The translations under genes and the position numbers were made by a program. The notes beneath the pieces are model-generated. The model searched no databases and was not told the origin of the DNA. It saw nothing but the letters and a program-made list of their open reading frames with translations. Below, piece by piece: positions 32,031-42,121 of a stretch of 64,000 bases of DNA; positions within the stretch are counted from its first letter, which is position 1; every line of letters begins with the position of its first letter. The stretch is taken from NCBI GenBank assembly GCA_963787125.1, contig CAWBBV010000012.1:64001-128000 (forward strand), written 5' to 3'. Source of the DNA: an uncultured delta proteobacterium (lineage in GTDB: Bacteria; Desulfobacterota; Desulfuromonadia; Geobacterales; DSM-12255).

Positions 32031-32813
32031 ATGATACATCAAACAGCAGTAATCTCTCCAGGAGCAGAGCTTGCAGAAGACGTTGAAATCGGTCCGTTTG
32101 CAGTTATTGGCGCAAATGTAAAGATCGGTAAGGGGACGAAGATAGGCTCTAATACTGTGATCGACGGCTGGACGACGATTGGTGAGAATAACCGGATATC
32201 TCAGCTTGTCTCAATAGGCGCGCCGCCACAGGATATCAAATATAAGGGCGAAGCTACAACTCTGGAAATCGGCAACGGAAATATTATTCGTGAATTTGTG
32301 ACCATGCATCTTGGATCACCTTCCGGCAGGGGAAAAACTACTGTGGGCAACAACAATATGTTTATGTCGTATGTGCACATTGCCCATGATTGTCAAGTCG
32401 GTAGTAACGTCATAATGGCCAACTCCGCCACGCTTGCCGGTCACGTTACCGTCGAAAATAACGTAATATTTGGTGGTCTTTGCGCAATTCATCAGTTTAC
32501 GCGAATTGGTGAGTTTGCAATGATCGGTGGCGGTACCATGGTAGGTCAGGATATACTCCCCTACACTATTGCCACCTCCGAGGAGAAGCGCGCTGCAAAA
32601 CTGCGAGGGTTAAATCTGATTGGTCTTAAACGCAATGGTTTTAGTGATGAGTTAATCAGAGACATCAAGACTATGTACAAAACGGTTGTTCTCTCCGGAC
32701 TCAAACAGCCTGACGCTATTGTCAGGATACAAAACCTTGTCAGGCAGTCGCCACAGAGAGATCATTTTCTCGAATTTATCGAAGGTTCAAAGCGGGGAAT
32801 CTGTAAAAAATGA
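32031..32813 (+). CDS. lpxA: UDP-N-acetylglucosamine acyltransferase
   Basis: PQD.KY, HIAHDC, LAGH, HQF, GLN.IGL. Confidence 0.97.
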   Translation: MIHQTAVISPGAELAEDVEIGPFAVIGANVKIGKGTKIGSNTVIDGWTTIGENNRISQLVSIGAPPQDIKYKGEATTLEIGNGNIIREFVTMHLGSPSGRGKTTVGNNNMFMSYVHIAHDCQVGSNVIMANSATLAGHVTVENNVIFGGLCAIHQFTRIGEFAMIGGGTMVGQDILPYTIATSEEKRAAKLRGLNLIGLKRNGFSDELIRDIKTMYKTVVLSGLKQPDAIVRIQNLVRQSPQRDHFLEFIEGSKRGICKK

Positions 32814-33778
32814 AAAAGCTACGTGCCGCAGTGATTGGGGTTGGCTATCTCGGTAATTTTCATGCTCAAAAATACGCTTCTCTGCAGAATGTTGAGTTGG
32901 TTGGTGTTTCCGACAGCGATGCTTCAAGGTGTGCTGAAATTGCTTCAGCCCTCGGAACTGTTGCTTTTCCTGATTATCGTGATCTTGCCGGGAAAATCGA
33001 CATTGTCAGTATAGTTGTACCTACAAGTCTGCATCATGAAGTTACAGCTTTTTTCCTTGATAAAAACACTCATGTTCTGCTTGAAAAACCGATAACAACG
33101 ACTGTTACTGAGGCAAAAGATCTCATAGCTACTGCTGCAACAAAGGGTCTTGTCCTCCAGGTCGGGCATCTTGAACGCTTCAATCCAGCCCTTGCTGCTG
33201 TGCGCGATATTATATGCAGGCCTGGATTTATCGATGTAACAAGAGTTGCACCATACAAGCCACGTGGCACAGACGTAAGTATTGTGCTTGATCTTATGGT
33301 GCATGACCTTGATATCGTCAGTACAATTATCGGCTCTAAAGTCAAATCACTCAGTGCATCAGGTGCCTGTGTCTACAGTGTTACTCCTGATATTGCCAAT
33401 GCCAGGATCGAATTTGAAAATGGTGCAGTGGCTAATTTAACGGCAAGTCGCATCAGCCTGAAAAGTGACCGAAGTATGCGAATCTTTCAAGACGATGCGT
33501 TTATCTCGGTCGACTTTCAGAATCGAAAAGCGACTATTTATCGTAAAGGCGAGGGTGAATCCGCTCCCGGTGTCCCTGCCGTGTCAGTTGAGGAGCTTGA
33601 GATCCCCTCAAAGGATCAAATCCTTGCCGAAATTGAGGCTTTCATTGAGTCCGTCCAGACTGGCAACCCGGCAGTAGTAACTGGTGAGGATGGTATGAAG
33701 GCGCTGGAAACGGCTCTTTTGATAGAAGAGAAAATCAAGGAAAATACTTCAATACTTCAGAGACGGAGTTTGAGTTGA
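32810..33778 (+). CDS. Gfo/Idh/MocA oxidoreductase, GnnA-like (UDP-GlcNAc 3-dehydrogenase)
   Basis: GVGYLG..HA.KY, EKP, GHLERFNP, DLMVHD; sits between lpxA and lpxB. Confidence 0.75.
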   Translation: MKKLRAAVIGVGYLGNFHAQKYASLQNVELVGVSDSDASRCAEIASALGTVAFPDYRDLAGKIDIVSIVVPTSLHHEVTAFFLDKNTHVLLEKPITTTVTEAKDLIATAATKGLVLQVGHLERFNPALAAVRDIICRPGFIDVTRVAPYKPRGTDVSIVLDLMVHDLDIVSTIIGSKVKSLSASGACVYSVTPDIANARIEFENGAVANLTASRISLKSDRSMRIFQDDAFISVDFQNRKATIYRKGEGESAPGVPAVSVEELEIPSKDQILAEIEAFIESVQTGNPAVVTGEDGMKALETALLIEEKIKENTSILQRRSLS

Positions 33779-33782
33779 GCAA

Positions 33783-34925
33783 ATGTATAAATCTGTCATG
33801 ATAGTCGCCGGAGAGGCCTCCGGTGATATGTACGGCGCAAGAGTTGTTGAAGAGGCGCACCGGCTCGATTCGTCGGTGCGCTTCTTAGGTATTGGTGGGG
33901 TTGCAATGCGCCGGGCAGGGGTAGTGACTCTGGTCGATTCAAGTGAGATGGCAGTTATGGGCCTCTTTGAAATAATCTCTCACATCGGCGTAATCTACAA
34001 AGCGTTCAGACTGCTTAAATCCAGACTCCTCAATGAAAAGATTGATCTGCTTATACTTATCGACTATCCGGGCTTTAACCTTCGTCTTGCCGCTGTGGCG
34101 AAACAAGCCGGGATAAAAGTTCTCTATTACATAACTCCACAGGTCTGGGCATGGCATTCAAGCCGTGCAAAAAAAATTGCCAGACTGGTTGATCATGCCG
34201 CAGTTATACTCCCGTTCGAAGCCCCGTTTTTTGAGCGTGTTGGGCTTCCGGTGACTTTTGTCGGTCATCCACTATTGGACATGGCTGTTGCAACAATGTC
34301 AAAACAAGATGCGCAGCTTGAATTCGGACTTGATCCTCTTCTGGCAACAGTCGGTCTGTTCCCTGGGAGCAGAAAAAGAGAGATAAGTACTCTTTTGCCA
34401 ATCATGCTTGCTGCCGCCAAATTGCTTAAAAAGCATTTTCCTGAACTGCAATTTATTATTCCTATAGCTGTTTCGGTTGATCGGAACCTTGTAGCTGATA
34501 AAGTTGCTGAATCGGGTCTTGAAGTAAAGCTTGTTAACGGTAAAAACTATGATGTTATGCAGACGTGCGATGCGATCATCGCTGCTTCCGGTACAGTCAC
34601 AATGGAGATTGCGCTGTTCGGGATACCGATGGTGATAATATACAAAATGGCCCCTCTTTCATATGCAATCGGCAGCAGACTCCTGAAAGTCGACCACGTC
34701 GGTATCTGTAATATTGTTGCCGGAGAACGTATTGTGCCAGAACTACTTCAGGATGAAGCTGAACCACAAAAAATTGCTGCCGAGATTAGAGCATTTCTTG
34801 ATAATGCCAATTACAGCCGTTTGGTAAGAGATAAGCTGCTTAATGTAAAGCAGAAACTGGGAGAGCCAGGAGCGCCTCTAAGGGTAGCAAAACTAGCTCT
34901 AAAGATGATGGGCCAAGAGGTATAA
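33783..34925 (+). CDS. lpxB: Lipid-A-disaccharide synthase
   Basis: AGEASGD, IDYPGFN, PQVWAW, PGSR, SGT. Confidence 0.97.
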   Translation: MYKSVMIVAGEASGDMYGARVVEEAHRLDSSVRFLGIGGVAMRRAGVVTLVDSSEMAVMGLFEIISHIGVIYKAFRLLKSRLLNEKIDLLILIDYPGFNLRLAAVAKQAGIKVLYYITPQVWAWHSSRAKKIARLVDHAAVILPFEAPFFERVGLPVTFVGHPLLDMAVATMSKQDAQLEFGLDPLLATVGLFPGSRKREISTLLPIMLAAAKLLKKHFPELQFIIPIAVSVDRNLVADKVAESGLEVKLVNGKNYDVMQTCDAIIAASGTVTMEIALFGIPMVIIYKMAPLSYAIGSRLLKVDHVGICNIVAGERIVPELLQDEAEPQKIAAEIRAFLDNANYSRLVRDKLLNVKQKLGEPGAPLRVAKLALKMMGQEV

Positions 34926-36640
34926 TGGAACTTTTAAAACGTGTATTTTCATATAGTAAAGTCTACTGGCGCCGTCTTGTTATTGCGGCTCTTGCCTCAA
35001 TCGGCGTCGGAGCCATGGATGGTGCTTTTGCCTGGATGGTTGAACCGCTGCTTAAGAAAGTTTTTGCTGAAAAACAACTGACGATCTTGACTTTGCTCCC
35101 TTTTGTGATTTTGATTATCTTCCTCTTTCGTGGTATGTGTCGATTTCTTAACGACTACTTCATGAAGACAGCTGGGCAGCTTGCCGTACAGAAGATACGT
35201 AACGATGTTTACGAAAGGAGCATGAGACTCTCACTGGGGTTTTTCAACAAGCAGTCGACTGGCGTTCTGATGTCACGGATTCTTAATGATGTCAATGCAA
35301 TGCAGGACGGGATTGCAAATATTATAACCGGTATCTTTCGTGACGGTTTCTCAGCAATAGCTCTGCTGACAGTCATATTTTACAGGAACTGGCAACTTGC
35401 AATTATTTCTTTTCTGGTACTTCCCGCAACAGTCTATCCAGCTCAGCTTATAGGTAAGAAAATTAAACTTCTCTCAAGAATGGGTCAGGAGAAGATGGGT
35501 GATGTTTCCAGTGTTCTTCAGGAAACTTTTTCCGGTGTTAAGGTAATCAAGGCTTTTGGACTTGAAGACAGAGAGATTGATAAATTCAAGAGTAAAAATC
35601 TTCAATTTTACAGTTATGTTCGTAAATCTATTAAGTATGAGGCTCTTACCGCGCCGTTAATGGAAGGAATAACCTCGATTGGTATTGCCGGTGTTATCTG
35701 GTATGGCGGTTATACTGTTATTTCAGGGAAAATGACCAGTGCAGAATTATTCTCCTTTATAACTGCAATGGCTTTAGTCTACTCCCCTGTCAGGAAGTTG
35801 ATAAATTCCTATAATATTCTGCAACGATCTATGGGGGCAGCAGAACGAGTCTTTGAGATTATAGACTGCAAACCTGATATTGTTGATCCGCTTGACCCTG
35901 TCTCTATAGACAGGGTGCAAGGTGTCGTCAGATACGACAACGTCTCTTTTAAATATGATAAAGAGCCGGTTATTCAAGGTATTACTGTAGAAGCTGAAAG
36001 AGGGCAGATTATCGCGCTTGTAGGTCCGTCAGGAGGAGGAAAGACGACTCTCGTTTCGCTTCTTACCAGGTTTTATGATGTTACCGGTGGGGCAGTGCTG
36101 ATTGACGGTATTGATGTGAGGCAGCTTAAAGTACGGGATCTTCTCCGCCAGATTGCGCTTGTTGATCAGGAAACGATTCTCTTCAACGACACAATTGCCA
36201 ATAATATCCGTTATGGCAACAGTATTGGAACTGCTGCCGAGGTGGAGGCCGCGGCACGAGCCGCTTTTGCTCATGATTTTATCCTGGAGATGCCTGACGG
36301 TTACGAGACCAACATTGGTGACCGTGGTGTTCGTTTATCCGGTGGTCAGCGACAACGTCTCTGTATTGCCAGGGCAATACTCAAGGATGCTCCCATACTG
36401 ATTCTCGATGAGGCAACCAGCGCACTTGATACCGAAAGTGAACAGATGGTGCAGGGTGCTCTGAACAATCTGATGAAAAACAGAACGACTTTTGTTATCG
36501 CCCACAGACTTTCCACTGTTCTGCATGCAGACAAAATTGTTGTTCTTGAGTCGGGTACAGTAGTTGAGTCAGGTACCCACTCCGAATTGATTAAAAAGCA
36601 TGGTCTTTATAAAAAACTTTATGCTATGCAGTTCGAGTAA
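34925..36640 (+). CDS. msbA: Lipid A/core flippase MsbA
   Basis: ABC TMD plus NBD (GPSGGGKT, LSGGQRQR, DEATSALD); gene context. Confidence 0.9.
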   Translation: MELLKRVFSYSKVYWRRLVIAALASIGVGAMDGAFAWMVEPLLKKVFAEKQLTILTLLPFVILIIFLFRGMCRFLNDYFMKTAGQLAVQKIRNDVYERSMRLSLGFFNKQSTGVLMSRILNDVNAMQDGIANIITGIFRDGFSAIALLTVIFYRNWQLAIISFLVLPATVYPAQLIGKKIKLLSRMGQEKMGDVSSVLQETFSGVKVIKAFGLEDREIDKFKSKNLQFYSYVRKSIKYEALTAPLMEGITSIGIAGVIWYGGYTVISGKMTSAELFSFITAMALVYSPVRKLINSYNILQRSMGAAERVFEIIDCKPDIVDPLDPVSIDRVQGVVRYDNVSFKYDKEPVIQGITVEAERGQIIALVGPSGGGKTTLVSLLTRFYDVTGGAVLIDGIDVRQLKVRDLLRQIALVDQETILFNDTIANNIRYGNSIGTAAEVEAAARAAFAHDFILEMPDGYETNIGDRGVRLSGGQRQRLCIARAILKDAPILILDEATSALDTESEQMVQGALNNLMKNRTTFVIAHRLSTVLHADKIVVLESGTVVESGTHSELIKKHGLYKKLYAMQFE

Positions 36641-36643
36641 GCT

Positions 36644-37318
36644 ATGAAGGATCTTTGGCGAAAAATAGTTTTCTGGTTTACCGGATCGTTTGGTGCTGAC
36701 CTTCTCCACGGACTGATTTGTCTCATCTACAAAAGTATGAGAGTTACTTTTATCGGTCAAGAAGCCTACAAGGATCTGGTTACAACTGAAAGCGGGGTTA
36801 TTGGTGTTTTCTGGCATGGACGGATGCTTCTCATGCCATTTTTGTATCCAGGACACTCAATCAGCATTTTGATAAGTGCACATCGTGACGGTGAAATCAT
36901 TGCAAATGTAATGAAACGTTTCGGTTATGGTTTAGTACGTGGCTCAAGTAAAAGTGGCGGAAGTGCTGCGTTGCGAGGGATACTCAAACTTTTGAAAAAT
37001 GGTCACGATATCGGTATCACCCCTGATGGTCCAAGGGGGCCTGCCGAGATTGTAACGGCTGGTGTTGCAGAAGTTGCCAGACTCTCAGGGAAATACATCA
37101 TCCCGACTGCATACAGCGCCAAACCATGTATAAGAGCAGCCAGTTGGGACAGATTCATGATTCCGCTCCCGTTTTCACGAGTGGTACTTTATGCAGGCAC
37201 TCCTCTTCGCTACGAAGAGGGTGAGGATATGGAAAGTTTCAGATACAGGATCGAAGCCGCCATGAAGGAGACAACTGATGCAGCTGACAGGTTTGTCAGC
37301 TCACCTGTCAGGATTTGA
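36644..37318 (+). CDS. DUF374 acyltransferase (LpxJ-like)
   Basis: FWH, S.HRDGE, RGSS, TPDGPRGP, SWDRF.IP.PF. Confidence 0.8.
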   Translation: MKDLWRKIVFWFTGSFGADLLHGLICLIYKSMRVTFIGQEAYKDLVTTESGVIGVFWHGRMLLMPFLYPGHSISILISAHRDGEIIANVMKRFGYGLVRGSSKSGGSAALRGILKLLKNGHDIGITPDGPRGPAEIVTAGVAEVARLSGKYIIPTAYSAKPCIRAASWDRFMIPLPFSRVVLYAGTPLRYEEGEDMESFRYRIEAAMKETTDAADRFVSSPVRI

Positions 37319-38616
37319 CCATGTATTTTCTCTACAACCTTGTCCTGATTCTCATAGCCCCATGTCTCGTTATTTACCACACTTACCGTTCAATTAGCCG
37401 CGGTCGTCCCACCGCACTTGGGCAGCGTTTCGGCTTTTTGGATGCTAATATTCTCCAGCTGTTAGATGGACGACGCCCGATCTGGGTTCACGCTGTTTCT
37501 GTAGGTGAAACCATTGCGGTAAAGCCGCTGCTTGTTGTATTAAAGCAGCGGTATCCTGACAAGCCTATTATCCTCTCAAATATGACAGAAACAGGCAGGG
37601 GGGTTGCCAGGTCGATTAAAGAGGTGGACGGTTGCATCTATTTTCTGTTTGATTATCCTTTGGCAGTCCGTCGCTTGCTCAAAAAGATTAATCCATGCCT
37701 GGTCATAATTGTTGAAACAGAGCTCTGGCCTAATTTCCTCCGACAAACCGGAAAACTGCAGATACCAGTAATGATAGTCAATGGTCGAATTTCAGACCGC
37801 TCATACAAACGCTACCTTGGCTTGAGGAAATTCTTTTTGCCCGTGCTGCAAAATATTACAACCTTTTGCATGCAAAGCAGACTGGATGCAGAGCGTATAA
37901 CCGCTATTGGGGCACCAGCAGAGAGTGTTGCTGTCAGTCGTAATCTGAAGTTTGATATACCGGTAAAGCGTTATTCAGATAAAGAGTTGGCCGAGATTCG
38001 CTCCAAATTCAGGATTGATAGTTCTTGTCAGATTTTGACTGCCGGCAGTACACATCAAGGGGAAGAAGAACTGCTTCTTGATGCTTTTTTACAAATTACA
38101 ACCAGCGGTAAACAACTGATATTAATCCTTGTACCGCGCCACCCGGAGCGTGCTGCTGACGTTTGCATGCTTCTGCAAAAAAAAGGCATGTCATATCAAA
38201 AACGCTCATCTTTAACCGCAGCTTCAAACTGCTTTAATCCAGGTGAAGTTCTCCTTGTCGATACAATAGGTGAGCTATTACCTTTGTATGCTGTTGCAGA
38301 TCTGGTTTTTGTAGGTGGTAGTCTTGTCCCCGTTGGCGGGCATAATCTTCTTGAACCAGCTTCGCTGGGACGACCTGTACTGTTTGGCAGTTGTATGTCA
38401 AATTTTCGTGAGATTGCTGCCATGACGCTTGAATATGGAGCAGGTTTGCAGATCAACTCTCTCGCAGAACTGGTGATCACTGCCACCGCACTGCTTGCTG
38501 ATGAAGGTCGCTGTCGAACCATGGGAGACAACGGTCGCCGGATTATTGCTGAGCAGGGCGGAGCGACCGAGCTTATTATGGCAGAGATAGATGAAATCTT
38601 GAAGGGTGAAGCGTGA
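37315..38616 (+). CDS. waaA: Kdo transferase (start may be ATG 37321)
   Basis: WVHAVSVGE, ETELWP, PRHPER, DTIGEL, GGHN.LEP. Confidence 0.97.
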   Translation: MTMYFLYNLVLILIAPCLVIYHTYRSISRGRPTALGQRFGFLDANILQLLDGRRPIWVHAVSVGETIAVKPLLVVLKQRYPDKPIILSNMTETGRGVARSIKEVDGCIYFLFDYPLAVRRLLKKINPCLVIIVETELWPNFLRQTGKLQIPVMIVNGRISDRSYKRYLGLRKFFLPVLQNITTFCMQSRLDAERITAIGAPAESVAVSRNLKFDIPVKRYSDKELAEIRSKFRIDSSCQILTAGSTHQGEEELLLDAFLQITTSGKQLILILVPRHPERAADVCMLLQKKGMSYQKRSSLTAASNCFNPGEVLLVDTIGELLPLYAVADLVFVGGSLVPVGGHNLLEPASLGRPVLFGSCMSNFREIAAMTLEYGAGLQINSLAELVITATALLADEGRCRTMGDNGRRIIAEQGGATELIMAEIDEILKGEA

Positions 38617-38628
38617 AGGGCGAAGAGT
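38600..38628 (+). repeat. Four tandem heptamers GAAGNGY at the waaA/lpxK junction
   Basis: gaagggt-gaagcgt-gaagggc-gaagagt. Confidence 0.6.
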
Positions 38629-39695
38629 ACTTTAAAAAACTGATCATGGGTGGGAATCTATCAGTTATTGACTCACTGGTGTTTTTTATACTGAGGCAAG
38701 TTTCTTTTTTATATTCTCTTGCAATGATTATTCGCGTTATTTTATACCGCATTGGTATTTTCCGCGTGTATTCTCTTCCCAAACCGGTAATTTCGGTAGG
38801 AAACCTGGTAGTTGGTGGCACAGGTAAGACCCCGGTGACTCTCTGGATCGCCAGTTATCTGATGAACTGCGGACATAAAGTAGCTGTTCTTACACGTGGC
38901 TATGGTGGCAGATTTGAAGGAGAAGTTGCAGTTGTCTCTGATGGGAAAAAACGCCTTCTATCTGCTGAGGATGCCGGTGATGAACCAGCACTGCTTGCCG
39001 ATCTTCTGCCGGGTCTTATTGTTGTTATGGGCAGTGACAGGTACAAGGCGGGTTGCTTGGCCATGGAAAAATTTAGTCCCGATATTTTTATTCTTGATGA
39101 CGGCTTTCAGCATATAAGGCTCAAGCGTGATTTAAATATTCTCTTGCTTGATGCTGAAAAACCACTGGGAAACGGGAGAGTTTTCCCGGCCGGTACTCTC
39201 CGCGAACCTGCTTTAGCCTCAAAAAGAGCCGATGTAGCGATTTTTACCAGGTGTGACGAACGCACGAACCCTGCAGCTATAGGTAATGAAGCGACCATCC
39301 AGTTAAGGGCCGCCCACAAATTGACCGGTTTCAGGCAAACGGTTGCAGGAGATGTATCAAATTTCAGTGGCTTAGCAGCAAAAAGAGGTATCGCTTTTGC
39401 CGGCATTGCTGATCCAGATAAATTTTATACTTCTCTTGAGCAAGTCGGGTTAAAGCTTGTCGCAACGCTCTCTTTTCCTGATCACACGAAATACGGTGAG
39501 GGCGAGACTGCAGCACTTGCAAAACTAAGGTTGTCGACGCGAGCTGAATATCTTATAACTACAGCAAAAGATGCCGTAAAGCTTGGATCCGTTCTTGATG
39601 AAAGTATCCCGTTTTATATAGCGGCTCTGGAAATTGATTTTTTTGAAAAGGATTTATTTGAAAAGGCTCTGGATAATCTAATTTTAAGCAGGTGA
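38613..39695 (+). CDS. lpxK: Tetraacyldisaccharide 4'-kinase
   Basis: VGN.VVGGTGKTP, RGYG, GDEP, LDDGFQH, FPDH, TT.KDAVK. Confidence 0.97.
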   Translation: MKGEEYFKKLIMGGNLSVIDSLVFFILRQVSFLYSLAMIIRVILYRIGIFRVYSLPKPVISVGNLVVGGTGKTPVTLWIASYLMNCGHKVAVLTRGYGGRFEGEVAVVSDGKKRLLSAEDAGDEPALLADLLPGLIVVMGSDRYKAGCLAMEKFSPDIFILDDGFQHIRLKRDLNILLLDAEKPLGNGRVFPAGTLREPALASKRADVAIFTRCDERTNPAAIGNEATIQLRAAHKLTGFRQTVAGDVSNFSGLAAKRGIAFAGIADPDKFYTSLEQVGLKLVATLSFPDHTKYGEGETAALAKLRLSTRAEYLITTAKDAVKLGSVLDESIPFYIAALEIDFFEKDLFEKALDNLILSR

Positions 39696-39699
39696 AGTT

Positions 39700-39867
39700 A
39701 TGGCAATATCTGAAAAACTTGTTGCAATACTGGTCTGTCCCAAGTGTAAAGGCAATCTTCGGCATATTCCTGAAAAACCCTCACTTGACTGCACTTCCTG
39801 TAAGCTCAGCTATCCGATTCGGGAGGATATTCCAGTAATGTTGATAGATGAAGCGGAGAATCTTTAA
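39700..39867 (+). CDS. Trm112-like (YcaR/UPF0434) protein, 55 aa
   Basis: Below the ORF-track cutoff: MAISEKLVAILVCPKCKGNL...CTSCKLSYPIREDIPVMLIDEAENL; usual position after lpxK. Confidence 0.9.
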   Translation: MAISEKLVAILVCPKCKGNLRHIPEKPSLDCTSCKLSYPIREDIPVMLIDEAENL

Positions 39868-40914
39868 TTGCGCGTTCTCATCATAAAAACATCAGCTCTT
39901 GGTGATATTGTTCACGCGCTTCCAGTTCTGGATTTTCTGATCAAAGCATCCCCTGGAATTGAAATCGACTGGGTTGTCGAGGAGCGTTTTGTTGATATTC
40001 TTTCAGGTAATCCCCGTTTGACCAATCTTTTCACAATTGATACTAAAAAATGGCGAAAGAAGCTCTTCTCCCCAACAACATGGCGTGAAATTTCGGCTCT
40101 CAAAAATCGCCTTGCAGAGCGGCGCTATAATATTGTCTTTGATCTTCAGGGCAACATCAAGAGCGGACTGATTACGAAATTTTCCGGCTGCAGCAGGCGC
40201 TACGGTTTTGATGCAGATGCTGTGCGCGAGGCTGCCAATCTTCGTTTTACAACAAATCAAGTGCCTCTGCGAAAGCAGGATTATCATGTGACTGATCGGT
40301 CACTCAGGGTCGTTACCGTCCCTTTTGGGAGAGATTATACCGGAACCACGCTTGTAACCGAGATTACAACTTCACCTGAAGATGATCAGGCAGCTGAGTT
40401 GTTCATCACAACACTTCTTGATGGGTTGGTGTTTCTTTTTCATCCGGGTACTACCTGGAAAACCAAACTGTGGCACGAACAGGGGTGGATTGAACTCGGC
40501 AAAGAACTTACCGAAGCATATCCGGACGCGACCATCATCATTTCCTGGGGAGGCGAGCAGGAGAAGCGGGTTGCTGAAGACATTGCCAGTGGTATCGGCA
40601 GGCATACGAAACTGTTGCCACAGCTTTCCATCAAGGAGTTTACGGCAATTATAAAAAAAGTAGATCTTATGTTTGGCGGTGATACCGGACCTATCCATAT
40701 TGCTGCCGCTGTCGGCACTCCGACAGTCTCTTTTTACCGTGCCACTGACGGCAGGAGAAACGGACCGAGAGGCGATATTCACCGCATTGTTCAGTCACCA
40801 CTTCCATGTACCAAGTGCCTCCAGCGAGAGTGCACTACGGATATCAGTTGTCGTGAAAGCATACAGGTGAAGGCGATGTTCCAGTCAGCAATCGAATTAT
40901 TGGAGATCGCTTAA
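39868..40914 (+). CDS. waaC: LPS heptosyltransferase I (GT9)
   Basis: IIKTSALGD.VH.LP, DWVVEE, DLQG.IKS, DTGP.H. Confidence 0.88.
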   Translation: MRVLIIKTSALGDIVHALPVLDFLIKASPGIEIDWVVEERFVDILSGNPRLTNLFTIDTKKWRKKLFSPTTWREISALKNRLAERRYNIVFDLQGNIKSGLITKFSGCSRRYGFDADAVREAANLRFTTNQVPLRKQDYHVTDRSLRVVTVPFGRDYTGTTLVTEITTSPEDDQAAELFITTLLDGLVFLFHPGTTWKTKLWHEQGWIELGKELTEAYPDATIIISWGGEQEKRVAEDIASGIGRHTKLLPQLSIKEFTAIIKKVDLMFGGDTGPIHIAAAVGTPTVSFYRATDGRRNGPRGDIHRIVQSPLPCTKCLQRECTTDISCRESIQVKAMFQSAIELLEIA

Positions 40915-40920
40915 ACGATA

Positions 40921-41982
40921 ATGACCGATAATTGCAAAAAAATACTGGTACTCCGTTATCGCTTCATCGGTGATACGATTCTTACCGTCCCTTTTTTAAG
41001 GAATCTCCGCTATGCAGAGCCTGAAGCTTTCATCGTCTGGGTGGTTGCTCCCGGTTCGTCAGAAGTAGTGGCCGGGATACCTTATGTTGATGAACTTATC
41101 TACTGGGACCCGGTTACAATTCATGCTGACAGTCGCGGCACACATAAGACTTTTGCCGATAAATTTGCCTTTATAATCAGGTTACGAGCTCTTAAATTTG
41201 ATAAGGTTTATGTCCTGAAACGTTCACTTGGCAGTGCTATTATGGCCTTTCTGAGTGGGGCTGCAGAGAGAGTTGGCTTTGCTACAGAAGGCCGAAGCTT
41301 CCTCCTTACCAAAAAAGTTCCCTATCGTCACGACCAGCATGAAGTGCAGAACTTTCTTGATGTTCTGAGGTATGATGATGTTCCGGTAATTGATGATCAT
41401 TTAGAGGCATGGCTTTCTGGTGAAGAAAATCAGTTCGCAGAGAAATTCTTCTCTGATGCCGGAATTAAAGATAGTGATACCTTGATCGGCATTCACCCTT
41501 TTGCTGCCAACCCCCCAAGAGCCTGGCATCTTGATAATTTTATAGATCTTGCAAATTATTTACAAAATGAACTAAATTGCCGCATCGTTTTTTTTGGCGG
41601 GTCGAGAGATGTTGAGGCCATCACATGCATTACAAGTCAACTCCTGCCACCACCCGTTCTTGCAATCGGTGGCACAACACTCAGGCAATCAATGGCTCTT
41701 ATAAAACGGCTAAAGCTGCTGGTTTGCAACGACAGCGGCATCATGCATCTTGCTGCGTCACTGCAAGTCCCTTTGGTGGCCCTGTTCGGACCGCAATCGC
41801 CGCTTAAATTCGGTCCGTGGGGTGAGAACAGCCGGGTTGTGTATAGTAAATTCCACTGTAGCCCATGCAAACAAAAGTTTTTTACTGAATGCGAACCGTC
41901 GCTGAGAGGGAAACCTGAGTGTCTGGAATCGATAACAGTCGCCCAAGTTATTGCTGAGGTCGCAGCTGTTATCACCAATTAA
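40921..41982 (+). CDS. GT9 heptosyltransferase (WaaF-like)
   Basis: IGD.IL..P, NDSG.MHLA, LFGP, C.PC. Confidence 0.85.
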   Translation: MTDNCKKILVLRYRFIGDTILTVPFLRNLRYAEPEAFIVWVVAPGSSEVVAGIPYVDELIYWDPVTIHADSRGTHKTFADKFAFIIRLRALKFDKVYVLKRSLGSAIMAFLSGAAERVGFATEGRSFLLTKKVPYRHDQHEVQNFLDVLRYDDVPVIDDHLEAWLSGEENQFAEKFFSDAGIKDSDTLIGIHPFAANPPRAWHLDNFIDLANYLQNELNCRIVFFGGSRDVEAITCITSQLLPPPVLAIGGTTLRQSMALIKRLKLLVCNDSGIMHLAASLQVPLVALFGPQSPLKFGPWGENSRVVYSKFHCSPCKQKFFTECEPSLRGKPECLESITVAQVIAEVAAVITN

Positions 41983-42121
41983 GCAATTCATTGAATTAAT
42001 AGCTGCAAGCCAATAATGATTATATCTGCTGATCAGACTCACTGATACCTGGTGCGCCGAAATTATCCCTGATGTGATCATTTCAGGATTGAAGTACGTT
42101 GCCGTTAAGGGGTGAGTCATT

